A stretch of 63,792 nucleotides of DNA, counting the filler, from Craspedostauros australis (lineage: Eukaryota): the NCBI GenBank assembly GCA_030167865.1. It is 10 parts of 10 records of this genome, joined end to end, with 100 filler letters (N's around TTAATTAATTAA, not from the genome) between each part and the next. Parts side by side here need not be neighbours in the genome. Positions count along the whole stretch, not along the records: positions 23,146 to 52,865 come from JALAGF010000606.1; positions 52,966 to 57,822 come from JALAGF010000607.1; 8 more parts are not named here. One strand, written 5' to 3'. Shown here piece by piece: positions 45,501 to 57,922 of this stretch (its first letter is position 1; each line of letters starts with the position of its first letter). The notes beneath the pieces are model-generated. The model saw only the letters and a program-made list of their open reading frames with translations. It had not been told where the DNA came from and searched no databases. Made by a program: the position numbers and the translations under genes.

Positions 45501-48500
45501 CGCGATCAGTTCCATGTTGCGCTTGGTGGCGGCCTTCTCTTCAGCGCTGACACGCGCCTGAAGCAGCGGGAACTGCTGCTCCATCGTGTGGCTGCGTTTC
45601 TCCAGGATCTGCTGCAGATTCTCGAACTGACCTTGCACGACGCTGGTCTCCATCCAGTCCGCACGGAAGTGATGGCGCTGGCGTTTCAGGAGCTTCTCGG
45701 ACGCCTCAAGGCGTGCGATGGTATCGATCCATTGATCCTTCTTCTGCTTCATGTCCTGGATGAATGTGACGCCCAGCACGATGTTCTCGGTTCCGCTAGA
45801 GCTCTCGAGGGAGCTCGATTCCAGCTTGTTCTTCGAGTCCTCGATCTTCTCGTGAGACTCCATGATGATCTGGCCCAGGACGGATGCAAACGAGGTTTGC
45901 AGCTCCTTCTGCCAGGAGTCGTACTTGAGGTTGATCTGGGCCTGGACCTTCTTGTAGCTCACTGCGACCGGGCCAAACATGGCGACAGTGGCAGACGAGT
46001 CGAGTGCCGAACGTGCCTCGGCGGACTCCAGGAGCAGCGATTGCCACTTCTCCACGTCATTGCCGACGGACGTGGCGACATCGGACACCTGCGTGTCCCA
46101 CAAGGTCTGGTATGCCAGCCATTGGTCGACGAAGGTGCCGACCTCGACGATTTGGTCCTGGATGCGTTGGTAGGCGTCGGTGACGAGATCGCCAGGCACC
46201 ATGTGGATGAGACGCGAGAAGGTCTCATCCTCCGTCGAGTCGGACGTGGCTCCAGTTCCGCTGTCGAACACCTCGAAGCGACCGCTCTTTGGACGTGGCA
46301 GGTCGCAGACGGTGCCGATGAAATCGTGCAGTTTGTTCAAGAAGAGGGAGCGCACTGTGGGAACGGCCGGGACGGCGGAAATCTCCTGGTTGCGCAGCAA
46401 GATCTCGACCGAGATGTTGGAGATCATGACCTTCTCGAACTTGGTGTACTCCTCCTCGTCCTTCTTCTCCTCATCCAGCATCGGTGCCATCTCATCTGGC
46501 GTGTCGACCTTGATGCGAAATTTGTGATTCCAGCTCTTGAGGGCGGATGTGAGGCGCGTGGAGAGGATGGTGGCGAGACGATTGTCGATGGACTTGACCC
46601 ATGCTGCCATGTTGTTGTACCCACTCAGCGACATCTCGTCGATCGCCTTCTGCACGTCGTCGAGGACGCTGCGGAACTTGTCGACGTCGTACTCGACGCT
46701 TTCCAGGAGGTTGAGGGCCACGTCGACCTTGTCGCAGACCTGCAGGAGCTGTTCCACGCGCTCTTCGAGCTTGGTGACGGCTCCAGCGAGCTTGGTCACC
46801 CACTTGGTCATCTCAGCGGCCTCCCAGCGGACGCGGCGCTTCTTGGCGACGACCGTGGAGGTGTCGAGCTTGACATCGAATGCGTCGGAGACGATCTCAC
46901 GGACCTCCAGCAGCTCTGGCAAGACCAGTGGCTCGAGTTCGGCCGTGACCAGAACGCGGACGGCCTGGTAACTGCGAAGGGCGGTCTTGATGGCGATGGC
47001 GTAGGGGTAACGACCAGACGCCTCTTCGCTGACCATGGCGAGGGTGCGTGGGACGTCCTTGTCGAAGCCGAGCCACTTGAGGTGGCGGATCTCCTTGAAG
47101 AGGACCTCGCTCTTTTCGTCGAAGTTGACCTTGGCGATGTAGTTGCCCTCCTTGTCGGTCTCGATGGTGACTGGGTAGGAGTGCATGCGGGAGGAGGTGG
47201 AGTTGGTGAGGTTCTTCTCCCACTCGGTGACCCAGGCGCGGAAGAACTTGCGGGCATCGAGCTTGGCCAGGAGCTCGTCACCGGACTTGCGAAGTTGCCG
47301 GCCCTCCAGGTGCTGTCCCCAGTTGGGTCCCAGGACGTTGCCCATGCGTTCCATGAGGGCGTTGACCTGGCGCTCCATCTGCTTGGCCCAAAGGATCTTG
47401 CCGGCGATCGGTGGGATGCCGCGGAGCTTGGAGATCCTAGCGGCGCTGGAGCTCTCGTACTTCAGGGTGAACTTGGACTGGAGCTTCTCGACAGCTTGCG
47501 CGACGGTGGCGATGAGCTGGACTTGGAATTCCTTGACGGCGATGCGGACGCGGTCGCGAGTCAGGAGAGGGTTGAAGCGTGCGAACACTCGGAACATATC
47601 CTCGGCGTCCTGTAGCAAGTGCATATTAGTGGAATGCAATTGGCGGGTTGTGGTTGTGGGGGGAGACATGTGGAAGGTAAAATACGTACATATCGGTAGG
47701 CATGGCGTGAGAACGTGAGAGAATATCAGCGCCGTGTGTTTGTGTGCATGCGTACAACGTGTGGGATGATAACGCGCAAATATCATATCTCAAGAAGTGG
47801 AGATGCAACGTACCTGGCACGCTGTGAGCTTATCCCGCAGCAACTTGGCGAGACGTTCCTCCATGGCGTCCATTTGGAGGTCGTATTCCTCCAACGCAGA
47901 TTCCAACGCCTTTTGTCCACCGGGGCTGAGATCGAGAATATCGAGACTGGCGAAGAATTGGCGCGGTGCCTTCTCGACCGTCTCGATGGCATCGAGGTGG
48001 GATGCGGTCTCGTCGTCCTGCAGGACCATGGTGATGACCTCCTTGAGGCGTTCGTGGTTGACGCGGAATTCATCGATTTGGTCGAGACGGACCGCGAGGG
48101 GTTCGTGATGCAGGGTGAGCTGATCGAGGAGCTTGGCTGGCGAAGCGATCTTGCGACGGCGGCACTGGTCGAGGAAGAACTCCTTGAATTGCTCCCAGCG
48201 GTCGCCGAACTGGACGAAGACGTCCTGGGTTGGGAAGCGGATGTTGTGCTGATACTCCTTGTAGTCCATGAAGAGGAAGGAGGCGTAGGTCTCCTGGAGG
48301 ACGGCGATCATGGTCTTGCGCAGCGTGTAGGTGGTGGCCTGCAGGAGCTCGGAGCTGCGCTCCAGCGAGTAGTAACGCGAGGAGCGGATCTTGGGGAGGT
48401 GATCGAAGACGGCGTTGACGGCCACGACGATCTTCTCAAAGTCACGGGCCGATTGGAACAACGCCACGGGGTAGGACTTGAGGAAGTTGTCGACATCCTG

Positions 48501-49715
48501 CGTGATCTTCATTGCCTGCTCCAGGCCGGTGTTGTTCTCGAGGGCCAGGGTGGCGACGAAACGCTTGGCCTCACGCAGGAGCGCGAGGGTCATCTGCACG
48601 CCCGGCGATGCCAGCTGCGCCCGGACCTGCTGCAGCTCGGCCTGCAGCTGGGACCAGAAGGCGATCTCCTCGAGGTCGGCGTTGGTGGCTTCGGCGATCA
48701 TGGGGAAGGAGGTGGTCTTGGGCAGCACGGTGAGCTTGCGGATTTGCGGGATCCACTGCTGGCTGACGCCGCTCTGCAGCTGGTTGAGAAAGTTGTCATC
48801 CCCCAGCTTGGAGGCGAGGCCCAGCTTTTCCCAGTCGAAGTTGGACACGTCGCTGCTGAGCGAGGCCGATGCCTGCTCCACGACGGGGTCGAGCTGCAGC
48901 AGGACGTGGGGGAGGCGCGCGGAGCGCTGCGACTGGCCGATGGCCACATCGAGCTCACGGATCTTGTCCTGGAGGACGGTGGATGCGTCGAGCTTTCCCT
49001 TGGCGGAGACGCCAGGTGCGGCCGCTCCGCCCTGCTGGACGGCCGGAAGGAAGCAGTGTCTGGTGTACAGCTGCAGCGCCTGCAGGATGGTGGCCTGCGA
49101 GGAGACGCCCTCCTCCTCCTCTTCGGATGCCGCCAACGCCGGTTGCAGCGTGACGCACTGCAAACGCAGCGCCGGTGCCTGCTTTGGCTCCGCGGCGGCA
49201 GCATCTTCGTCGTCGCCCATCTTCTCCTCCTCGGCCTTGGTTCCGAGGAAGGCGACGGCGCCGCGGTAGCGCTCTGGCAAGGCATCGCCCACCAGGACGA
49301 CTTCGATGTCAGCGTGCTTGGCATCCAGCCAGACGTACAGGCAGGGCACCTTGCCGAGGAAGACCTCGATGGCGTCGTTGGTTGGCGCTGCACCCAAGTG
49401 GACCTGGGTCGCCATCCTGCATGTGTGCACGTGTGCATATGTGGAAGTTCGTTGAGCGTAGAGTGTTGAGTGTCAGGCGTAGAGTATGGTGGAGTGGGGG
49501 TGGAGCGATGAAGGTGAGTGGATGATGAATTGGACGCATGGAGTGCATGGAATGCATGTGATGAATGACTGCGCAATCTCGGAAGAGACAGAGAGAGAAT
49601 GATGTTGCCATGATTGGAAAGACATTGAGCATTGAACGTTGACCATTAAGCATTGAACATGGAACATTGAACGTTGAACGTACCGGATGTACTCCACGGG
49701 ATCTTGAGCGGGCAT
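36573..49715 (-). CDS. DYNC1H1: Cytoplasmic dynein 1 heavy chain, about 4220 aa; exons 49684-49715, 47814-49416 and 36573-47609
   Basis: Four P-loops (GPAGTGKT, GPVGVGKS, GPPGSGKT, GDSGAGKT), CFDEFNRLEERILSAVSQQ, a coiled-coil stalk with MTBD, and tail motif MFRVFARFNPL. GT-AG introns at 49417-49683 and 47610-47813 are phase-compatible. Confidence 0.95.
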
Positions 49716-50581
49716 GATGAAGCGGATGTCCTGTTGCAACAGCAATGGCAACTACAGTACTTCGCTTCAAGTCGCTTCAATTCGCTCCGAGTTTGTCAAA
49801 CTCCCTCCGAGAAATGCAATTCGATGCAGTTCGATGTCTGTTTCTTGGTCGTTTACTCTTGTTCGTTTACTCTTGCTGCACTGTGCCAGTATGGAAGAGC
49901 GGAGAAGAGCAGAATGGACAGATGATTGACGCAATCCAACACAATCCAATGGAATGTACGGAATCAATCAATCAATTGGTCGGTCGGTCGTCGCGTTTGG
50001 ATGTTCCTCTCGTCGTCCAACGTTCCTTTGCGGGCGTGGTGTTGTTGGCAAAGAGTTGGTTGGAGAGGTGGCATGATTGCAACGCAGATCGCAGCGCACA
50101 CAGAAGCGCCATGGCCATTCGCCACAAAATCTTTGTTGGAGAACGAGTTGGCGGCAGTTGTGTCGTTGTTTCATCATTGTTGGGTTCGCGCTGCTGGCAC
50201 GACATGCGCTGAAACGTGATCCATCGAATGAAAGGGAGTCCCATGTGACGTGGCGAACACGAGGATTAGTTTTCTGGATGTGGAGAGCAGACTACGCAAC
50301 TGACGCTAGAGAGTCTCTCCAAGAGGCGAAGAGGTCAAGCACCGCACAATTGCATTATTCAACATCTTCATTCTTGCGCAACGAGCTGAGCTACAGGTAT
50401 AACCGATGGAATAGATTCCTGCAGAGCGGTACGGGCCAGATCGGTATCGAGTATGGAGGTAGTGCTATGTTTGTGCTCAATTGATTAGCTCGTACTCCAC
50501 TTATTTTTGTTGTATGTTCAGATTACATCTCATCTCACCGATACTACACGGAAGGCCAACACGCAGACATTTCTGACCACC

Positions 50582-52270
50582 TCAGTTCATCTTCTGGGAT
50601 TTGCGCTTGCCGGTGGTGCCAGTGGGTCCATCGGGGAGACGGTACGTACCCCAGATCTTGTCGCAGAACGTGAAGACCTGACCGTAGTTGTAGATGTAAT
50701 GTGTGTGATGGACGGTGTGGTACTTGGAGCCCATGATGGGATCGATGTTCCAGTCCATGGAATCGTGGATGTAGGTCGCCCAGATGGCGGTGAAGAAGAT
50801 GAGGCCGATGTGGCACAGGTAGTGGCATGGCACGAAGGGCGCCACCCAGACGTAGGGCGAGGCCTGCGCGATGCCGTCGAGTGGGTGAAAGGCGATGGAG
50901 GCCCACGGCGTGAGGGTCTCGGGTCTGTTGTAGATGTGGTGCGGCAGGTGGATGTATTTGTACAGGAATTTGTTGGTGTGCAGGGTGCGGTGGACCCAGT
51001 AGATGCCGACCTCGACGCAGGCAAAGTAGAGCAGCAGGCACGCGATGTGGGTCGGCCAGCCGCCGATCTCTTCGACCGTGTAGTACATTCTGGTGTATCC
51101 CTTCTCGATCAGCCACTCGTCAAATACGGGCAGCATGGTGTACACGAACATGGAGGTCTGGGAGACCTTGATCTGGCCCCACATGGTCTCCCAAGTCGGT
51201 CGTTCTCTGTTGCGGAATATCTCCTCCGACTGCGGGTGGACGTAGATGAAGTAATGGAAGATGGATGCTGTGCCGTAGTACACGAAGAGCGCGGCGATGA
51301 AATTGCGGAGGTAGCAGAGAAGGTAATGTCCCCATTCAACGCCAACAGCGTTGACGATCTTTCCCGCGAACTGCGAACTGAACAGGAATGAGTTGACGAA
51401 GGCGTTGAAGTTGCGGCAAGGCTCGTTCATTGGTTCACCATCCAGAATGGCATCGTAGGCCGATGTGTACTGCGTCCCATCCGGTGCCGTGTACGCGTTC
51501 TCTGGCACCTTGGCCATGCGTTCCAACCATTGAGGTCCAGGGAATGCGACTGCGCTCGTTACCGTGGTCATTGTCATTGTCGTTGTCGTTGTTATTGTTG
51601 TTGTTGATGTGGTGTGATCGTTTTCCAATGCGCCGCAATCAAATGTCGTGCATGAGCATGGGAATGCCCATGTATTGGCAGTGGATCGTTGTTCACACGG
51701 ATACAGCAATACCCGAGAGCGTTGCATTTGCGAATTGATGGAGCCGCAAGACGGTGGATTGCAAAGCAAAGCAGATCAGCGCAGAGTTGTGTGAGTATCG
51801 TATTGGATACGATGCCTTGTCATGCTATGACTTGCTTGAGTGAGCGATGTGGTTCGGAGCATCTGATCGAACTGCGTGTTGGTATCAGCCGACAATGCAA
51901 AGCATGGAACGGCATGCTTCGCTTCCGCTTTCTTCACGGTGAGCGATGGAGGCGCACGAACTGCCTTGATTGAGCCCAGCGGAGTGTTTGTGCTTCTGCT
52001 TCTGCTGACCATGACGTTGCACCTTGTACCTTGCACATCGGTATATTGCACAGCATGACATTGTATTGTGTTGCATTGCATTGTGCTGTATGCACGGCAA
52101 CAGCACTGACCTGAGGATGGCGCGGCTTGGGCGAATGATTGGAACGCTCCCGTGCTGTTTGTCGTGTCATTCGATTGGGTCTGGTATGCAGCTGCCGCAG
52201 CCACCAGCAAGCATATGGCGGTTGCCGTCAGCGACAAGGCGCTCCTCGTGAATCGGTGTTGCCTCGCCAT
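50582..52270 (-). CDS. ERG3: Delta7-sterol C5(6)-desaturase; exons 52111-52270 and 50582-51549
   Basis: His boxes HRTLH, HLPHH, IH...HTVHH, plus AFHPLDG and NYGQ. The upstream signal-peptide exon joins in phase 1 through a GTCAGT...CGCAG intron (51550-52110). A single-exon alternative would start at 51577. Confidence 0.88.
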
Positions 52271-52613
52271 GGTGGGATGTCAACGGCGGTGATGTCGATT
52301 GAATGTTTGTGGGTGTTGGTGGCAATACCAATGGAGACAGGGAGTATCGTAGGTATCGTGGTGCCTCAGTTGCGCTCCTCTCACTTCTTGCTTCCTTGGT
52401 GGTTGCTCTCTTTGGCGGTTCGTGTTGGTGTTGGCGCGCAACAGGAACACCCAACATTTTGTCCGATTTTCACTTTTCTAACTCGTGACTTACCTTAACG
52501 GGACTTAATACACGGCGTTGAGACAGAAAAGTGAATCAGCCGAAATCCCAAAAAGCAAACTTAGGGTTACGCTATTTTACTTCTATTGTGGTTCGTTCAC
52601 GCCCATCAAGAGA

Positions 52614-52809
52614 GACCGGACAAAACCGGAGAAACTAGGTCAGACCGGACAGACCGGACAAAATGACCGGACAAAACGGACAGACCGGACAAAACGACCG
52701 GACAGACCGGACAGACCGGACAAAACAACCGGACAAACCGGACAGACCGGACAAAACGACCGGACAAACCGGACAAAATGACCGGACAGAATGTATAGAC
52801 CGGACAAAA
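52614..52809. repeat. Tandem array of about 17 (G/A)ACCGGACA units, 9-13 bp period; probable transposon subterminal repeat
   Basis: Read directly from the sequence. It lies at a contig end, upstream of the desaturase. Confidence 0.88.
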
Positions 52810-53549
52810 TTAACGAACTTAGCGGACACTGTTAACGGACAGTGTACCCAAACCAGCACTGAAGGNNNNNNNNNNNNNNNNNNNNNNNNNNNNNNNNNNN
52901 NNNNNNNNNTTAATTAATTAANNNNNNNNNNNNNNNNNNNNNNNNNNNNNNNNNNNNNNNNNNNNCGAACACCTGATGTGACGTCACGACACAGAATTGC
53001 GGGAAGACATCCACGAACAGAGGGGAGGGACGGAACGCATCGATGATAAAAGCCTGTCGGAGCGACACACAGAATGGTATCGCATTCTGCTGTCGTGGTA
53101 CCTGGCACTGTCAGAGACCAGTGGCGAGCGCGCGAGTTTCGAAGGAAGGAAGAGACACTAAAAACAGGCAATTTGGTTACCGCAACCCCCACTTTTGATG
53201 ACGTCGTTGGTGTCTCAACACATGTCGCAAAAAAGATAAGTGGAAATCATTTCACAACGGAGGAATACCTACAAGCTACTCGTACGTGTGGAAGATGGGT
53301 GTGCGTGTCAGTAGAGTACTCTCGCACTCGCGACAGAGACGGATCAGCATCGCGTGCGCCGCCCAAGAATCTCAACAAGTCAATGCTGACCAAGAATTGC
53401 ACAACTCTGTGTGGTATCGCCGAGAATAAGACTATAATCTGTTATCTCTACTCTCTGGGACTGAGTCGCACTATGCTCGACTCTGCGCAGAGTATTGGCA
53501 CTCTCGAGAACATACAATGAGTGTGCTCCTCCCCCCAGCAACCGCGGCT

Positions 53550-53993
53550 TTATTGGATTACGCAGCATTCTGCCTTCAGTACCACTTCATCAACAGGCCC
53601 CGAATCGAAGGATGCGGTCGTTGTGGATTCAGTGCGGTGGCCGATGTACTTGCTCGACTTGTTTTCACCCCGGAGCGACGTCTTCGGCATCTTCGCGGAT
53701 GACTCCCATGCCTGCGTGTGCGATGACGTCGATGGACCTGTAGCTGTGGAATCATCTGGGTAACACCTTGATGTCACCAAGGAATCAAGGCTCTGCTTTT
53801 GTAGTTTCATATCGTTTTGATCGGACTCTGGCTGCTTCACAAACAGACGTATCGCTTCTTTGATGATCGTTGCTTGCTGCTGCTTGTCGGGATACCCGAC
53901 GATCTCGAGGTTGAGCTTGGCTTCGGATGTCAGCTTTCGAGCGTCGATGAAGCGGATGTCAAGCACACGCGTGAGGGAAGACTCAATGGACAT
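53550..53993 (-). CDS. Hypothetical protein (147 aa)
   Basis: ATG-initiated ORF with a helical-looking N-terminal half and a Ser-rich tail. No motif recognised. Confidence 0.5.
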   Translation of the reverse strand: MSIESSLTRVLDIRFIDARKLTSEAKLNLEIVGYPDKQQQATIIKEAIRLFVKQPESDQNDMKLQKQSLDSLVTSRCYPDDSTATGPSTSSHTQAWESSAKMPKTSLRGENKSSKYIGHRTESTTTASFDSGPVDEVVLKAECCVIQ

Positions 53994-55683
53994 TGTGATG
54001 GCGGTTCTGCGAAAGTATTGTTGAGATGAAGGCGGCGTTGATACGGATGCTCGAGTTGACGATGGCGATGATACTGATGCTGGCTCTGTATTCGTTGGCG
54101 CGTGACTTTTTCGTCATCAGCTTTTGTGCGATTTGTGAGCACAGGTCTCGGGTTGGGCAGAGGGGGAGAGCACAAAGATGTGCAGCAAAGAGCTTGCCAG
54201 ACGAAGAACCTCTGCGGGATCGAAAGAGACAGAGGCCGCCGGAAGCAAGGGGAGGCGATGTGCATACGCATGGGACATACGAAAACAAGGAGAAGAGCTG
54301 CGTGAGAACAATTCAGCCCAAAGTTCTTGGTGCATGGGGCAGAAAACGAGCCAGAGGCTGATGTAAGTTTTGTCAATGATCGCTGAGGTGGCCGTCATCA
54401 ATGGCAAATGAATAGTCGTACCACCACCAGCCACAATTGCGGAAAACGGAACGGCGAGTGCGGCCATCGTGATGATCGCGATGATGACCAGAAAATGTGG
54501 GCTGCGATTTGCCGAATCAATACGTGACTGAGTGACAAATTGGAGCCTCTCCTAAAAGCGCCCGTGTGAAGGCGTTTTTTTGTCACAATGTCACTTGGAG
54601 GCTTAATCATGACCACACCCAACCCAAACATCCAGCGCCACATTTTCTGCACAGACCAGAACATCTTGTCTCATTGAACTTGGCAGGTTGTCCCATCACG
54701 CGAAATAAGTGACTGCAATGGTGTAACTCACGTGGTCAAGAGGGCAAGCTCATGCTGGTCAATCCTCAACTGGAGGCCCCCACGATCACCCACCATGGTA
54801 AACGTGTTCGTATGTGTGTGTACAAGTACGAGACCACAAGGAAGCATATTGGATGTCCGCACTCGCAAACAGCTGGTATGTGCGCTATGACGGTGCGCCT
54901 TTTGGTACTGCGTGCAGTTCCCAACTCGGAGTCTGGTTTGGCACGGATTTCATCTCCTTGCGTTCCGCGCATTCTGCAAGACGTAGGTAGCACTTCGAGA
55001 GAAGGAGAGAGAGAGAGAGTCCGCGGTGTTACCGTGGTCGGAAAGAAAACAGATGATGATCCGTCATTGGTTCAATGGTCTCTTGAGCACAGGTGATGAT
55101 GACGGGCCCAGACACACAAGATGAAGGTGAAGAAGAAGAACAGGGTGGACCGACTATCACGCAATTCCATGCTCCACCTGTACGAGGTACTATACTATAC
55201 AAAAGCAATGATTGCCATGGATTCCAAGGAAGCGAGTTCCGAGCGTGACGAACTTGCCACGAGTACGAAGACAGATCCGAACCAATCTGATGGCAGAAGT
55301 ACCCGTAGTGAATGAGTACGATCTACTCCAGGCCGACGGATATGATGACTGCGCGTTGTTGGTGCGTCGCAATGTGATGACCTGGTCAACCAACAACGGT
55401 GCGTTGGTGCAAACATCGTGAGTGTTTCTCCGATCAGTCGTTGATTCATCCTCTCTTGTTCTGTTCTGTTCCTGTTCGAGACGAAGAGGGTAACCGCGTC
55501 TGGTCCAATTGCGCTGCCATCACACCACATCGCAGGTGTACCAATTGAGCGAGTGGGGGCAGGTGCCAACAATATAATAGCTTGTATTTCTAATATCGCG
55601 CACAACTACTGTGTTGTATAATAGCTCGTATCATAAGATCTGCTGCTGCGCGTACTCTTGAGCGTAGGTACCACGTCGTATTC

Positions 55684-57822
55684 TCAAACCGCATGCTCGG
55701 CTGGCGAGCAATCATCCAGCTGAAGGGCTTCAACGTTCGTCGAATCATCCCCGACATCCATGATGACATGCTGGGGCCCATGTTCCATGAGCCTTGCGTC
55801 CTCTTTCGTCGCGAACGCCTCCATGGCTCCCACGACGCTGCATTGCGGATGCAAGACACCGCTGAGGTGACATTTCTTGATCGTCACCGTGGAAAACACG
55901 CCGTAATGGCCATGGACCCGAGCATCGTCGATCACGCATCCGCCAGCGATGGTCACGTGGGTTGGTTCGTACAGACGGCAGCCAAAGTAGAGCAACCGAC
56001 CTTCGGCCTTGACGCCTTGGAAGCGTAGCACCGCGTTCATCATCGACGTTCCCCACAGCACTGGCGTGAACGACCAGCTCATCACCCAGTGGCAGAAAGA
56101 CAGGTATACCGTGTACAGCGACAGGCTCCATGGCTTCGTCCTCGTATTCTTTCCCGTGAACACAATGAACTCTACGATGCGTTGCACGATGATCCAAACG
56201 ATGGTCTGGATGACAACCGCTGCGGCGAGGACAGGGACCACTCCGGCGGATGTCTGCGGCTTGGCCATGCTCATCCAGAACTCGTAAGCTGGGATGAAGC
56301 TGCCTGCCACGACCATGATCAAGGTGGCGTACAGGACGGTGCTCTTCACCACGATCTGCGAAAGTTCCCAACCGGAGAAGGGCTGATTCTGAGGATGTTG
56401 CTGTGGTCGAATCAGGTTCTCGGCGACGGTGGTACGCGGCGATACCAGCGCCTTGCGGACCGTCACGCCCGCCTTGCACGAGACCATGATGCCGATGCTG
56501 CTGTCCTCGATCGTGACCATCTTGTACTGATCGCCGTGCTTGATGTCGAAGGAGAACATGGAGATGAACGACCTGCGGACCCTGATGAGGTCAGCCTTGG
56601 ACGGAGGGAATTGCACCGCGAAGATCTTCGATCGCAAGTCGACGTCCATACCGTGGGCCATCATGACGAGGTTCCACAGCATCGAGTTGCTTGTCAGGAT
56701 GTACAGGAGCATGCAGGATCGGTTGAAGTGATAATCACAAGCCCAGTCCGCGAGGTCAGACATGATCGTTGCCCTTGCCTTGCCCGGTTTCTTCTTGCCG
56801 ATCAACACCCATTTGAGGATGATGCTGAACAGCAGCAGGAGCAGCGACGCGATTCCGATCGACACGACCCAGTATTGTAGCCTGGAGTATCTCCAGTCTC
56901 GTAACTGGCCATTCACCATGATATTGCCGACGAGCATGCAAGAGAATGCAATGTACAGCTCCACGACCAACCAAAGTAGCTTCATCGCTCCGATGATGAT
57001 CCATCGATGGTTATTCGATGATCCTGCCGCTGTGGTTGCTGCTGATGCGGTTGCCTGCATTGCTTCTGTATTGTTGGCGGCAATGCTTTCTGAACTATCG
57101 TTGTGTTTGTCAGTAGTCGCACATGTCGATTTGCTGTCGCTTGAGCTTGCGACGAAGGCCGGGTTGCCTTTGATTGCGGTGTTGGACGGCGCCTGCGCAC
57201 CTTCTGGCATCACACAGAGACGTTGCACCTGACAGTTGGAACCGACCTTCACACCAGGGCAAAGGACGCCCTTGATCTTCGTGCCTGATCCAACTTCTAC
57301 CTTGCGGAATCTCAGGGTGGGACCTCCCTCCTCGTCCCTCCACGGGCCGAACATGCGGCATCGGATGGGCTCGCCCACCGTGGCATGGGCGCCGATCTTC
57401 ACCAGATCGAACTCCCGAATGGACACGCAGATGTTCGACGACCGATGGACGTTCGCGCCCATGAGGTAGCAGTAGAGCGTCATCAGGGGGGTGTTGACGA
57501 TGAAACGCCCGACGAAGGTCTCCCACACATGGATCAGCCGATCAACGAACCACCATCGCAGGAAGTAGATGCTTGTATAGCTCGCGTACCCTTCTCGGTA
57601 TCTGCCAACGACGATCCACTTCATCAGAATGACCTCCACGGACAGCGCGGTCAACCAGACTGGAACGACGAAGGGATAGTACGCCCATTTGTACTCGTAC
57701 TCGTCGGAGGATGTCCCAATGGTGAATTCTGCTTGCGTGTTGCTTCCATTGGCCAGCATCTTCCCAAATTCGTATGCCGGGATGATGGGAAGCGCAAATA
57801 GGAACAGAATGGCAAGGCCACC
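55684..57822 (-). CDS. Pls/PosA-type NRPS terminal domain (three TM-hairpin + hexapeptide/acetyltransferase-like modules), 5'-partial
   Basis: The frame is open to the contig end at 57822. Repeated motifs: KWIVVGRYREG..FLRWWFVDRL..TPLMTLYCYLMGANV..EFDLVKIG; LKWVLIGKKKPG..DLIRV; LWGTSMMNAVLRFQGVK..EPTHVTIAGGCVID. Confidence 0.75.
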   Translation of the reverse strand, partial: GGLAILFLFALPIIPAYEFGKMLANGSNTQAEFTIGTSSDEYEYKWAYYPFVVPVWLTALSVEVILMKWIVVGRYREGYASYTSIYFLRWWFVDRLIHVWETFVGRFIVNTPLMTLYCYLMGANVHRSSNICVSIREFDLVKIGAHATVGEPIRCRMFGPWRDEEGGPTLRFRKVEVGSGTKIKGVLCPGVKVGSNCQVQRLCVMPEGAQAPSNTAIKGNPAFVASSSDSKSTCATTDKHNDSSESIAANNTEAMQATASAATTAAGSSNNHRWIIIGAMKLLWLVVELYIAFSCMLVGNIMVNGQLRDWRYSRLQYWVVSIGIASLLLLLFSIILKWVLIGKKKPGKARATIMSDLADWACDYHFNRSCMLLYILTSNSMLWNLVMMAHGMDVDLRSKIFAVQFPPSKADLIRVRRSFISMFSFDIKHGDQYKMVTIEDSSIGIMVSCKAGVTVRKALVSPRTTVAENLIRPQQHPQNQPFSGWELSQIVVKSTVLYATLIMVVAGSFIPAYEFWMSMAKPQTSAGVVPVLAAAVVIQTIVWIIVQRIVEFIVFTGKNTRTKPWSLSLYTVYLSFCHWVMSWSFTPVLWGTSMMNAVLRFQGVKAEGRLLYFGCRLYEPTHVTIAGGCVIDDARVHGHYGVFSTVTIKKCHLSGVLHPQCSVVGAMEAFATKEDARLMEHGPQHVIMDVGDDSTNVEALQLDDCSPAEHAV

Positions 57823-57922
57823 NNNNNNNNNNNNNNNNNNNNNNNNNNNNNNNNNNNNNNNNNNNNTTAATTAATTAANNNNNNNNNNNNNNNNNNNNNN
57901 NNNNNNNNNNNNNNNNNNNNNN

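Noticed and set aside
47610..49430. Two separate genes, or a split dynein
   Set aside because: Canonical GT-AG introns join the pieces in frame.
36498..49469. Long plus-strand ORFs antisense to dynein (e.g. 44979-47615, 37944-39611, 47715-49469)
   Set aside because: Shadow ORFs from GC3-rich codon bias, with no motifs. The same applies to 1497-2708, 31337-33172, 14210-15454 and 5951-7432.
51776..52270. Stand-alone 164-aa secreted protein
   Set aside because: Better explained as exon 1 of the sterol desaturase reading into its intron.
52518..52917. Collagen-like GQT or DRT repeat ORFs
   Set aside because: Translations of a 9/13-bp DNA repeat whose units do not keep frame.
55121..55421. Small gene downstream of the NRPS-like ORF
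   Set aside because: Short ORFs in different frames with no recognisable motif.
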